Origin: an uncultured Solirubrobacterales bacterium
Lineage (GTDB): Bacteria > Actinomycetota > Thermoleophilia > Solirubrobacterales > Solirubrobacteraceae
Assembly (NCBI GenBank): GCA_963794715.1
Contig: CAWCEY010000009.1
Location: forward strand, 94,385-158,384
Length of the DNA: 64,000 nucleotides
Direction: 5' to 3'
A program made the translations under genes and the position numbers. Under the pieces are notes generated by a model. It searched no databases. It worked only from the letters and a program-made list of their open reading frames with translations, and was not told the DNA's origin. This document shows, piece by piece, positions 18,401 through 27,291 of this stretch. The number at the start of each line of letters is the position of its first letter. Positions within the stretch are counted from its first letter, which is position 1.

Positions 18401-19029
18401 GCCGCAGTAGGGGTAGGCAACGAAGCAGAACACATATGGGGTGTAGTGTTTTCGAAGGACTGTGGCACCCTTTCGATTCCCTCGCCGCTGCCACATTTAG
18501 CAACAAGAAATTCGGGAGCAGCGGGCGCCTTCGTGGTGAATTCGGCCTGGTTCGGTGGCGCTTCGCCGAAAGAGTTCTTCGCGGTGACGCGGACAGTGTA
18601 GGTGGTGCTGGGATGAAGCCGCTTGATCGATTGGCCGCCGACAGTTTCAAACGAGCACTGTTCGGTGCAGGTGAGACTTGTGAACAGCTGCCAGGCGGCG
18701 GGGTTGGAAGGTTCGGTGGTGTATTCGAGGCGTGCTTCGGTCGTTGCGCCTTCGGCCGAAATGATCTGATCGACTTCGGCGCGAGTGGAGTATACGTGTT
18801 CGATTTCGAGCGTAGCGAGGCGAGGGGGGCCGGCGGCAACTGCGGGCGCCGTGGCGACGGCGAGGAAGAGGAGGAGAACAGCAGGGAGAACGGCCATGAC
18901 CGCCGACCGGCGAAGGGCAGGAGCGGATGAGGGCGCGCCACTGCCCCGGGCCAAGCGCAAGACACCGAGACGAGAAACGACACCCCTCGTGGCGTCAGGC
19001 GTCTTTTGGGATCGCTCCAGATAAGTCAC
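15439..19029 (-). CDS. Large secreted protein: about four FN3-like repeats, a beta-propeller-like region and a Lys-rich tail
   Basis: GTG 19029 follows GAGAAAGG; LTGL.P.T.YYVR repeats; ISEDGSKIFF and SDDGRFAFF blades; ATGA overlap with the downstream gene. Confidence 0.85.
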   Translation of the reverse strand: MTYLERSQKTPDATRGVVSRLGVLRLARGSGAPSSAPALRRSAVMAVLPAVLLLFLAVATAPAVAAGPPRLATLEIEHVYSTRAEVDQIISAEGATTEARLEYTTEPSNPAAWQLFTSLTCTEQCSFETVGGQSIKRLHPSTTYTVRVTAKNSFGEAPPNQAEFTTKAPAAPEFLVAKCGSGEGIERVPQSFENTTPHMCSASLPTPTAASVFAELDTDGIPTEYHLAYSTEENGFYIPVAGTEGSVSVAEDFAPTKVAHLTGLTPQTVYYVRAFASNSLGSATETATFATSPAQPRPNVGLPDNVSATAAHVPGTVIPDSSETHWRFETASSETGPWTPGVEGTIPAGEADQEPHSFSTDLTGLNPATIYYVRLFAENAAGSQTTSPIGFETAGPPAAVTFATRVLDGESFRVLGSVDPRSVTTDAHYHVEYVTQQHFEAEGFANPETSPDVDLGVGAHRTEERSQEGKANLLLYQSQIVGVTLPGLQSGVTYHYRLLAHSEAGVIAGAEQTFTVPVPAPAQPSVSCPNESFRSGLAARLPDCRAYELITPASKNGAQDNFNYGSASSLARLGEGGEHVLLRTLAKYGSDPNPFVSDYVFDRDPTAGWRMTSLTPPGSGEDTYLPEIFSADLSQVALARYSEPTYQSHSADQDLLLGPDGGPYTPVASTPFNQLLENGEGKDMWAAATPTLSKLVVMTRDHALPGLPQSTTAAGLPDLYEYTARAGLAQVNVDSQGHTIGVCGARVPLGSENFEGYVDVFAAHAISEDGSKIFFEAIPDGPCPAGGLRYDPAVYHSHLYMRVNGSETVDIGEYTFDAASPNGAMLLLGHDGEQITFSYDTKTRTLKPLVLDGSKAILGQRAGERIAATVSNDASTVYFSSPRQLTPEAPPTPDITSYNKGIQNWYVFDVASEKLQFIFQDREEGQASAHFFVTADGRFFYFQQGFFGAPGAGPYRYDRDSGTATCIACTAFHPAGGGEFAPYGQLGAGKEKYINGATPRPTWGSDDGRFAFFRSVSELVPQDIDGEEPETFVPPSHSWDVYEWRANGVDGCSRVAGCVALLTNGIDGFRNVLLGTDPSGRDVLIATHSQLAPADQDTAGDLYDVRIDGGFAPPAASTVECEADACSTPPSAPVDATPSSSTFAGSGNVTPVPSGKPAVKGGKPKHATTKKTKKRKHRTRPKKKAGKAGKNGRVKR

Positions 19030-19170
19030 GGGCGTACCTTTCTCGTTGGTGTGGCGCATGTGGTCTAGTCCGGTGAATGAGATGTGTTGGCGATATGCAG
19101 AGATGGGCCACCGAGGCCTCCCCGTGGCCGACTGGCGACCGCGGGGAGACACCCAGCTTGGCAAGCGCCG

Positions 19171-20022
19171 CTAGGGAGCGGTCACCGCCCACGAACCGGA
19201 GAAGCCGGCACCATATCCCGGTTCTGGTTCTTCCGGAGCGACAAAGATCATGTGAGCGCCACTGGTAGGGGTGGTGGTCGCCTCGGGCTTTTCATCTTGG
19301 AATTCGAAGAATTCCATATTTCCGTTTGCCGCGGTTTCAGCGTACACACAGAGGTTGCCTTCGACGGCAGACGGCACCGCCGCGGATCCCGGACATTCGG
19401 CGGGCGCCGTGTGACCTTCCACTTCAGCAGCGGTGACAAAATGAGCCTTCCCCTTGGCGAGCGGCGCCGCCAGGGGTATCGCGTAGGAGAGCGGTTCGAC
19501 GTAGAGACCCGCGGTATGGACGCTGAAGCCCCAGGTGCCGGTCTCGGTCTTGCCTTCGGGGAGCGTTTCCGTGAAGCCGGTCTGGCCGTTTTCGCCGTTG
19601 CACGCATACGTCGTCCCGCTCGCGGAGACGAACTTCGAGCCGCCGGCTTTGCAGTTGACGCCCGCGGGCTCTTTGCTACTGGTGACGCTCACCCCAGCGG
19701 CGCCGTCTTGACCGTTGGTCCCATTGGTGGCGTCTTTGCCCGCCGCGCCTGCTGGTCCTGCCGGCCCGGCGGGGCCGGCAGCTCCGGTAGCGCCCTGGGG
19801 GCCGGCGGGGCCGCGAGGGCCGGCCTTCGTTTTGGGCTTGGCCTTGCTCTTGGCGATAGTCGCAACCGGGGCTCCGCGCCTGACGGAAGCAGTCGTCTTC
19901 GAGCCGGTACCGCCGCCCCTGCCACCGCTCGCGGCGAACGCGCCACCGGTGATCGCGAAGACCAGCGCCACAAAGGCCAGGATCGTCGCGGGGGTAATGT
20001 GCCTACGTAGTGTCTGGAACAT
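19171..20022 (-). CDS. Secreted collagen-like (Gly-X-Y) protein
   Basis: AGGAGG RBS; signal peptide; GPRGPAGPQGATGAAGPAGPAGPAGAAGKD run; Cys-containing C-terminal domain. Confidence 0.88.
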   Translation of the reverse strand: MFQTLRRHITPATILAFVALVFAITGGAFAASGGRGGGTGSKTTASVRRGAPVATIAKSKAKPKTKAGPRGPAGPQGATGAAGPAGPAGPAGAAGKDATNGTNGQDGAAGVSVTSSKEPAGVNCKAGGSKFVSASGTTYACNGENGQTGFTETLPEGKTETGTWGFSVHTAGLYVEPLSYAIPLAAPLAKGKAHFVTAAEVEGHTAPAECPGSAAVPSAVEGNLCVYAETAANGNMEFFEFQDEKPEATTTPTSGAHMIFVAPEEPEPGYGAGFSGSWAVTAP

Positions 20023-20132
20023 CGTTCATCTCCTCCTAAGGAGTACGGAGGGAACAGACGACGCCCCTCGGTTGTTGTTGTGCTGCGCGCCCGAGGGGCG
20101 CGGGAAGATTGGAGTAGTGCAACCAAGCGGTG

Positions 20133-21221
20133 TCACGCTGCCTCGCCCTCGTCGCGGGTGAGGACGCTGAGGCGCCGCGCGACCTGGCCGCCCAATGGTG
20201 TGAGCCGCCACGCGTTCGGCTCGCCGGAGAGACGACCCCCGCCCGTATTCACCGTGAGACCCAGACCCTCCAAGCGCCGCAAAAGCTTTGAGATCTGCCC
20301 CGGGTCGATGATCCCCGCACGCTCCGCGACCGCCCGGTTGCTGGCACCCGAGAGCTCGCCGACGCACCCGAGCACCCGCGCGGTGCGATAGGTGAGACGC
20401 ATATTCACCTCATCCAGCGGATCGCGCTCCTCACCCACGGAGGACCGCTCGCCCTCCGGCGCCGGAGCCGGCACGGGGGCAGGACGCCGTTGTTCGCGAC
20501 GAGCGGCCCTTGGCCCGAGGTACTGCAGCGCGATCATCCCCATCAGCTCGTCCAAGAGGTCGGTCAACGGCCTGCTGTCGCCGCTGCGCAACCGCGCGTA
20601 GATGACGCCGAGCGCGCCGCCCACGAGACCTTCCGCAGTCACCAACGTGCACTCCGCCCCACGCGGCCCCTCCCCGCGGCCCTCATCCAGGACCGCCGCC
20701 AGCCACGCGAGGACCTGCTCACGACGTTCCAAAGTCTGCGGCCCACCGTGCAACGCATGCACAACCCAGATCCGCGCCAGCAACGGCTCGCGCTCCAGAA
20801 ACGACAGGATCACCCACAGCCCGCCGCGGACCCGCTCACGCCACTCCAGGCCCTCAAGACCCGCCGCGGCGAGATCCCGCTCGACGCGCTCCACGACCGC
20901 GTCGATCAACGCGACCAGGCACGTTTCGCGGTTCTCGAACAACTCGTAGAAGGTCCGCCGCGAGACCTTCGCCCGTGCGGCGATCCGCGTCACCGTGCTC
21001 TGCTCAAAACCAAACTCGTCGATCGTCGCCGCGACCGCGACCAACAAACGCGAATGCTGAATCTCCTCAACCTGCACCCGCGGCGCACCCCGCAAGGAAA
21101 CCCGCTGCTCACGCCGCCGCGCCAAACGCCCCTCCACCGGCAAAGCGCGCTTAGCCACACGCGGCCGCACCGCCGTCGCCCGACCACTGCTGGCCGATCT
21201 CCGATCGGTCGACGCGGCCAT
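20133..21221 (-). CDS. TetR/AcrR-type regulator with an extra C-terminal winged-helix domain
   Basis: N-terminal TVTRIAARAKVSRRTFYELF; C-terminal SNRAVAERAGIIDPGQISKLLRRLEGLGL. Confidence 0.82.
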   Translation of the reverse strand: MAASTDRRSASSGRATAVRPRVAKRALPVEGRLARRREQRVSLRGAPRVQVEEIQHSRLLVAVAATIDEFGFEQSTVTRIAARAKVSRRTFYELFENRETCLVALIDAVVERVERDLAAAGLEGLEWRERVRGGLWVILSFLEREPLLARIWVVHALHGGPQTLERREQVLAWLAAVLDEGRGEGPRGAECTLVTAEGLVGGALGVIYARLRSGDSRPLTDLLDELMGMIALQYLGPRAARREQRRPAPVPAPAPEGERSSVGEERDPLDEVNMRLTYRTARVLGCVGELSGASNRAVAERAGIIDPGQISKLLRRLEGLGLTVNTGGGRLSGEPNAWRLTPLGGQVARRLSVLTRDEGEAA

Positions 21222-21418
21222 CAGCAGCCACCCCCCACGAGCGCCCGTGAACCAGTGACCCCAGTGGCCCAGTTCAGAGGCGCCGAGAACCTACCCCCCG
21301 CGGGGACGAAGCAAAGACGGCGCGAATGCCCCAGCCCTTCCCTTCCCCCCTCCGGGGGGTTCCGGGCGGCCCGCGAAAGCGGGACGCAGGGGGGCTCCGA
21401 GGCTAGACCGCTAGCCGA

Positions 21419-21441
21419 AGAGAGAGAGAGAGAGAGAGAGA
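21419..21441. repeat. (AG)11 dinucleotide microsatellite
   Basis: Read directly from the sequence. Confidence 0.97.
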
Positions 21442-21683
21442 TGCGACAGCGCCAAGCTGGCGCATCTAGCATCAGCCCTACGGGCCGACGCGCACATCCC
21501 CATCACGAATCTCCCTCTAGAAACCACGCTCAAACAACTCCCTCATCGATCCGATCCAGTCCCTCTCCCACACCTACAAGACCCTGCTAGCGCCTGAAGT
21601 CAACCACAAGGCGGTATGACCCCAACCAGACCCTATGTACACCGGCCGCCCCCACAACGGTGGGACGACCAGCCATGCGGCAC

Positions 21684-21712
21684 ACCGTAGCCGAGCTACG
21701 TATAAATGTCAA
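21684..21712 (-). promoter_or_regulatory. Putative sigma-70 promoter TTGACA-N17-TACGGT facing the TetR-like gene
   Basis: Reverse complement of TGTCAA 21707-21712 and ACCGTA 21684-21689; 17-bp spacer. Confidence 0.65.
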
Positions 21713-21987
21713 GCCCTACCCGCCCGGCGGAGGCTTTAGGGGTCCACGACAAAGTATCTGACGGTCCGGTGCGGCCGCTTCGCGGCGGTCTGCGCCACCC
21801 GCGATGCTCGCCGTGCCACCAGCACGGCTGCGCTCGCGTGCGTCGCATCCCATCCCCGAATCGACCACCCCGATCCCGCCATCTACTTTGTCGCGAACCC
21901 TTAGAGCCGGAGCCCCCTCCCAATCTTCCCTGTCCGGTGGCTGGATACAGTCATCTGGATGAACGTGCGGCGATTTGAGACGGTGCG

Positions 21988-23892
21988 ATGAGCAGCTTCC
22001 ACGGCGAGGGCCGCGGTGGACAGGGGGGCGGCCCGCCGCGTGCGCCCAAAGCGCTCCGCCCCGAGGACATCCCCGACAAACCGGTTTCCCTGCGGCGGAT
22101 CGGGCGGCTGTTCGTGCCCTATCGCGTGCGGCTGGGGCTGCTGCTGGGGCTGATCGTGTTCGGCTCGATCCTCAGCGTCGCCTCGCCGTTCCTGCTGCGC
22201 GAAGCGGTCGACAAGGGGATCGTCGGGCACGACCTGGAACTGCTCACGTGGCTGGTGGCGGGCATGATCGCGCTGGCGATCATCAACGGCGTGATCGGCG
22301 TGGCGCAGACGTGGATCTCCAACCAGGTCGGCCAGCGCGTGATGCACGACCTGCGCGCCGCCGTGTACGCGCACCTGCAGCGGATGTCGCTGGCGTTCTT
22401 CACGCGCACCCGCTCGGGCGAGGTGCAGGCGCGGATCGCCTACGACATCGGGGGCATCGACGACGTCGTCACGAGCACCGCGACCTCCACCGTCTCCACG
22501 ATCGCCACCGTCACCGCGACGATCGTCGCGATGTTCGCGCTGAGTTGGCAGCTGACCCTGTTCTCGCTGATCCTGCTGCCGTTCTTCGTGTGGCTGACGC
22601 GCCGCGTGGGCAACGAGCGCCGGCGCATCCAGTCGGTGCGCCAGGGCCGGCTCGCCGACATGTCCACGCTGGTCGAGGAGTCGCTGTCGGTGTCGGGCAT
22701 CCTGCTCGGCAAAACGATGGGCCGCTCCGGCGAGCTGGTCGAGCGCTTCTCCTCGGAGTCCTCCGAGCTCGCCGACCTGGAGGTGCGCGCGCGGATGGCG
22801 GGCCGCTGGCGGATGGCCTCGGTGCAGATGAGCTTCGCGATCATGCCCGCCGCCGTGTACTGGTTTTCCGGCTACACCTCCGTGCACGGTCACGCTGTGA
22901 TCTCGATCGGGACCGTGGTCGCCTTCACCACGCTGCAGACCCGCCTGCTGTTCCCGATGCAGCAGCTGCTGTCGGTGGGCCTAGAAGTGCAGACCTCGCT
23001 GGCGCTGTTCGGGCGGATCTTCGAGTACCTCGACCTGCCGATCGACATCGTCGAACGCCCCGGCGCCCGGCCGCTCGGCGCGGGCGCGGCGAGCCGCGAT
23101 GGCGCGGTGGGCCGGGAGAACGGAACGGGCCCCCGCGATGGCGTCGCCTGCGAGGTGCGCCTGGAGGACGTGTGGTTTCGCTACCGACCCGACGGCCCGT
23201 GGACGCTGCGGGAGATCGCCGCCGAGATCCCCGCGGGGACGCGCACCGCGCTGGTGGGCGAGACTGGCTCGGGCAAGACCACGCTCGCCTACCTCGTCGC
23301 GCGTCTGTACGAGCCCGAGCGCGGGCGCATCACGATCGACGGCACCGACATCCGCGACGTGACGCTCGCCTCGCTCGCCGCCACCGTGGGGCTGGTCTCG
23401 CAGGAGACCTATCTGTTCCACTCCTCGATCGGCGAGAACCTCCGCTTCGCCTGTCCGGAGGCAAGCGACGAGCAGATCGAAGACGCCGCGCGCGCCGCGC
23501 AGATCCACGAGCTGATCGTCTCGCTGCCCGACGGCTACGACACCCCCGTGGGCGAGCGCGGCTACCGCTTCAGCGGCGGGGAGAAGCAGCGCATCGCGAT
23601 CGCGCGCACGATTCTGCGCAACCCGCCGGTGCTGATCCTCGACGAGGCCACCTCCGCCCTGGACACCGAGACCGAGCGCGCGGTGCAGCTCGCGCTCGAC
23701 GAGCTCTCCCGCGGGCGCACCACAATCGCGATCGCCCACCGCCTCTCCACCGTGCGCGACGCCGACCAGATCCTCGTGCTCGACGCGGGGCGCATAGTGG
23801 AGCGCGGCACGCACGATGAGCTGCAGGAGCTGGGGGGACGCTACGCGGCGCTGACGGGGCGGGCGGAGACGGACTCCGCCGCGCTGGCGTGA
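21988..23892 (+). CDS. ABC exporter, fused permease/ATPase
   Basis: TM domain; Walker [10 protein letters not shown]; FSGGEKQR; [10 protein letters not shown]. Confidence 0.95.
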   Translation: MSSFHGEGRGGQGGGPPRAPKALRPEDIPDKPVSLRRIGRLFVPYRVRLGLLLGLIVFGSILSVASPFLLREAVDKGIVGHDLELLTWLVAGMIALAIINGVIGVAQTWISNQVGQRVMHDLRAAVYAHLQRMSLAFFTRTRSGEVQARIAYDIGGIDDVVTSTATSTVSTIATVTATIVAMFALSWQLTLFSLILLPFFVWLTRRVGNERRRIQSVRQGRLADMSTLVEESLSVSGILLGKTMGRSGELVERFSSESSELADLEVRARMAGRWRMASVQMSFAIMPAAVYWFSGYTSVHGHAVISIGTVVAFTTLQTRLLFPMQQLLSVGLEVQTSLALFGRIFEYLDLPIDIVERPGARPLGAGAASRDGAVGRENGTGPRDGVACEVRLEDVWFRYRPDGPWTLREIAAEIPAGTRTALVGETGSGKTTLAYLVARLYEPERGRITIDGTDIRDVTLASLAATVGLVSQETYLFHSSIGENLRFACPEASDEQIEDAARAAQIHELIVSLPDGYDTPVGERGYRFSGGEKQRIAIARTILRNPPVLILDEATSALDTETERAVQLALDELSRGRTTIAIAHRLSTVRDADQILVLDAGRIVERGTHDELQELGGRYAALTGRAETDSAALA

Positions 23893-23997
23893 GCCTGACG
23901 CATATTTTGGGAGCGTCCGCGCGCGTCTGCTGATCAACGACCGCGCGGGGGCTGGGCCTCCGTGCCCAGCCGCCAGCCGCACCGCTTCGGCCGGCGG

Positions 23998-24765
23998 TTA
24001 CGCGACGGCGTCGATGTTGAGGCGGATGTAGTCGACGACCACGGGCTCCCCCAATTCGGCGAGCACGGTGTCCATGAACCGCTCGCGCAACTCCTCGGGC
24101 AGCTGCTGATAATGAGGGCCCAGCACGATCTCCGAGAGAAACGCACGCGGGTGCTCGGGCTGCTGCGGGGCAGGCTGCAACCAGCACTCGGCGCTCGCGA
24201 AGCCAGCGCCCAGCAGGCGCTCCTCGGTCTCCTCGGGGCCGGCGTAATTCCACGGCGCCCGCCAGTCGCGGAAGTGCGCGGCGTACGGTTGGCGCGCCAG
24301 GACTTCGTTGGCGACTCCCCGCAGCACGTCGATGTTGCCCTGCCCCCCGCACTGCGCCACCAGCCGCCCGCCGGGGCGCAGCACGCCGTGCAGACGGGAG
24401 AACAGTCGCCGGTGGTCGAGGATCCAGTGGAAGGTGGCGGTCGAGAGGATCGCATCCACCGGCTCGTCCACCGCCAGCTCCAGCAGGTCCCCCGCCCGCA
24501 CCTCCACTCGCTCCGGGCCGATCCCCAACCGCCCCAGCCGCTCGCGCGCGGCGGACACCATCGAGGGCGAGGCATCCACCGCGATCACCCGCCCCCGCGG
24601 CAGCCGCTCAACGAGCGCCTCGGTCACACGTCCCGACCCGCAGCCGGCGTCGATCACGGTCTCCTCGCCGGCGAGCGCCAGCCGATCGAGCACAGCCCGC
24701 CCCAGCGCCTCCATCGGCGCGGAGATGCGGTCGTAGACGCCGCCGTCCCACTCGCGTACGGTCAT
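23998..24765 (-). CDS. Class I SAM-dependent methyltransferase (Tam-like)
   Basis: VIDAGCGSGRVT; DAILSTATFHW. Confidence 0.88.
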   Translation of the reverse strand: MTVREWDGGVYDRISAPMEALGRAVLDRLALAGEETVIDAGCGSGRVTEALVERLPRGRVIAVDASPSMVSAARERLGRLGIGPERVEVRAGDLLELAVDEPVDAILSTATFHWILDHRRLFSRLHGVLRPGGRLVAQCGGQGNIDVLRGVANEVLARQPYAAHFRDWRAPWNYAGPEETEERLLGAGFASAECWLQPAPQQPEHPRAFLSEIVLGPHYQQLPEELRERFMDTVLAELGEPVVVDYIRLNIDAVA

Positions 24766-24768
24766 GCT

Positions 24769-25704
24769 TTATGTATAACGCACGCGTCCGAGGAGCTCCA
24801 CGAGCACCTTCGACAACTGCCCCCCCTGCCACGCGATCGGGGAGCGGATTCGATGCCCGCCCACCCCACCGTCCTCGACGATGAGCGTGGCGCCCGGGAT
24901 CGCATCCGCGTAACGCTCGGCCAGCACGAGGGGGTGCCCCGGATCGACCTCGTCGCGGGAGGCGACGACGACCGTGGGCACCGCGATCGCGGCGAGCTCG
25001 GCGAAGCCCTCGAACGGCCGCGAGCGGGACACGACTTCCATCGCGTCGGCGACCGCCTCGGGGTGCTCATGGGCGGAGAGCCGCTGGCGCACGACCCTCT
25101 CGACGGTCTCACGCCAGGCGGGGAGCACGGTGGAGAAGTCGTAGGCGCGCACGAACCCCTCCACCCCATCCTCGCGCAGCGCGCGCGCCAGCACGTCGCG
25201 GTCACCTTCGGGCCTAACCACCACCCCGGCGGGTCCGCCTGCCCCGCCGAGGGCGGCGCCTGCGTCGGGGTCACCGGCGTTCGTCGCCGGGTCGAAGGCC
25301 GGCGTCACGAGCCCCAGCGCAGCAACCCGCTCGGGGTGGTCGAGCGCGAAACGGAGGATGGTGTGCGCGCCCATCGAGGCCCCCGCAAGCGCGGCGCGAG
25401 CAAGCCCCAGCGCGTCGAGCACCACCTCCAGGTCGCGCGCCAACCGGGCGTAGCCGTACGCGGCCTCGCCGGCTGCCTCTCCGCCGGCCACGACAGGTGG
25501 CGTCGAGCGCCCATGCCCGCGGGCGTCGTAGGCGATCACCCGATACCCCGAACGCTCCAGCAGGCGGGAGCCCATCACCACGTAGCGCCGGGTGGCGGTG
25601 AGCCCGTGCAGCAGCACGATCGCGGGCGCGGACTGCTCGCCGGAGTCCTCGCCCGCGAGCAGGACGCCGTCGTCGGTGGGAATACTCAACGCGCGCGGGG
25701 CCAC
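24769..25704 (-). CDS. Alpha/beta hydrolase
   Basis: VLLHG, YDARGHG, GASMG nucleophile elbow. Confidence 0.88.
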   Translation of the reverse strand: MAPRALSIPTDDGVLLAGEDSGEQSAPAIVLLHGLTATRRYVVMGSRLLERSGYRVIAYDARGHGRSTPPVVAGGEAAGEAAYGYARLARDLEVVLDALGLARAALAGASMGAHTILRFALDHPERVAALGLVTPAFDPATNAGDPDAGAALGGAGGPAGVVVRPEGDRDVLARALREDGVEGFVRAYDFSTVLPAWRETVERVVRQRLSAHEHPEAVADAMEVVSRSRPFEGFAELAAIAVPTVVVASRDEVDPGHPLVLAERYADAIPGATLIVEDGGVGGHRIRSPIAWQGGQLSKVLVELLGRVRYT

Positions 25705-25744
25705 CCGGGCATTATCCGTCTGAAGCGCACCCTACGATCCATCA

Positions 25745-27205
25745 ATGACAACCCTCCCGCGCACCGCGGCCCTTACGCTCGCCCTGTCGATTCTCGCGGC
25801 TCTCTCGCCCACCGCCGGCGCGGCCCCGAGCGAAGCTCCCAAGCCGCCGGCGAACGACGAAGTCGCGAACGCACAGGCGATCCACTCGCTGCCGGCCAGC
25901 ATCGAAGGGACGACCGTCGGCGCCACAACCGTACCGGGGGAAGCGCAGTCCGGTTGCGTCCCGGGCACGGTGGCCTCGGTGTGGTACAGCCTGCACACCG
26001 GCGCGGCGGCGCAGCGGGTCGCGGTCGAACTGGCCGCCGGAGGCAAGCTGGACGGCACGATCGACGTGTACAAGGCGGTGCGCTCGCAGCTGCAGCCGGT
26101 CGCGTGCCAGGCGACCGAAGAAGAAGGCAAGGCTTCGCTGACGTTCAGGGCGCAGAAGAACACCGAATACGAGATCCGCGTGGCGGCGCTCCCCACCTCC
26201 CAGCTGGCTGCCTTCACGCTCAACGTCTTCCAGCCGACGCCGTCCGTCCTGCCGCCCGGCCCGCGGCTGCCCAGCGCTGGCGCCAGCGGGCAAGTCGATC
26301 GCATCCAGAACATCAACGCGGCCTACTCCGTCGTCATGCACGCCGGGGTCAGCTACCTGGTCAACCTCGTAAACGAGACGAAAGGCGGCTGCGTGAACGG
26401 GGCCCTGTTCGGGCCGGGGACGCACTCCTTCGAAGGAGCCTCCGCCCGCTTTCGCGTCAACTGCGGCGGCTACCGGCTGTTCACCCCCGGACAGGGCAAG
26501 GGCGGGATCTACAGCTTCGAGGTGACCCCCGACACCGAACGCAAGGGCGAGCAGCGCTTCCACCTGCAGGTGAGCGCGGCCAGCGGCGCGCAGACCACTC
26601 CGGGGCAGGAGCTCGGCAACTACGGACGCTCCAGCGGGCGCCTGGAAGGGCGCGGCACCGAGGTGCTGCGCCTCTACCGGATCGACGTCACCAGCCACTC
26701 CAACCTGACGCTGCGGCTGAACGCGCCGACAAGCGCCGAATTCAACCTGCAGCTGCGCGACCAGAACGGCGGCCTGATCGCCTGCGCGTGCGGCGGCAGC
26801 GGCTCGCAGAAGCTCCAGCAGCAGCTGCGCAAGGGCCACTACTACGCGGTCGTCTCCGAGCGCAACCACACCTCAGCCAACTTCACGCTCACGCGCGAGT
26901 CACGCACGATTACCCGTACGAAGGTGGCATTCGGCGCCGCGCACGGCCGCGCGGGCCAGGCGGTGGAAATCAAGGTGCGCGTCACACCGGGCGCGGTCGG
27001 CCCGGTGAAGGTCGAAGTGCAGCGCTTCGACCCCGTGTTCGGCTGGCAGTTCTACCGCACGCTGGAAGCGACGGTAAGCCAAGGCACGGCCTCGATCCCA
27101 TTCACGCCACCGTCCCCCGGCAACTGGCGGGCGAACGCCACCTACGCCGGCTCAAGGGTCTTCAGCCCGAGCGCGGTGGGATTCACGTACCTGTTCGTGG
27201 AGTGA
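25745..27205 (+). CDS. Secreted protein with repeated PPC-like beta domains
   Basis: Signal peptide; PANDEVANA; repeated ~100-aa beta-rich units ending in Y.v.V motifs; no catalytic motif seen. Confidence 0.7.
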   Translation: MTTLPRTAALTLALSILAALSPTAGAAPSEAPKPPANDEVANAQAIHSLPASIEGTTVGATTVPGEAQSGCVPGTVASVWYSLHTGAAAQRVAVELAAGGKLDGTIDVYKAVRSQLQPVACQATEEEGKASLTFRAQKNTEYEIRVAALPTSQLAAFTLNVFQPTPSVLPPGPRLPSAGASGQVDRIQNINAAYSVVMHAGVSYLVNLVNETKGGCVNGALFGPGTHSFEGASARFRVNCGGYRLFTPGQGKGGIYSFEVTPDTERKGEQRFHLQVSAASGAQTTPGQELGNYGRSSGRLEGRGTEVLRLYRIDVTSHSNLTLRLNAPTSAEFNLQLRDQNGGLIACACGGSGSQKLQQQLRKGHYYAVVSERNHTSANFTLTRESRTITRTKVAFGAAHGRAGQAVEIKVRVTPGAVGPVKVEVQRFDPVFGWQFYRTLEATVSQGTASIPFTPPSPGNWRANATYAGSRVFSPSAVGFTYLFVE

Positions 27206-27291
27206 GCCGTTGGCCGGGGATCGTCCGCGCGGGCGGCTTGCCTGCCGCGCGCCTGGGCGCGGGCATCCGTGCCCGCGACGACCGCTGCCAC

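Noticed and set aside
12506-19029. Diversity-generating retroelement target
   Set aside because: No reverse transcriptase and no template/variable repeat pair with adenine-specific mismatches seen.
21221-21472. Leader peptide ORF containing the SLSLSL run
   Set aside because: No RBS or homology; the SL run simply reflects the (AG)n tract. Cannot be fully excluded without ribosome profiling.
8412-21987. Prophage or ICE
   Set aside because: No integrase, terminase, capsid, relaxase or T4SS genes; the collagen-like protein has a Sec signal peptide, unlike phage tail fibres.
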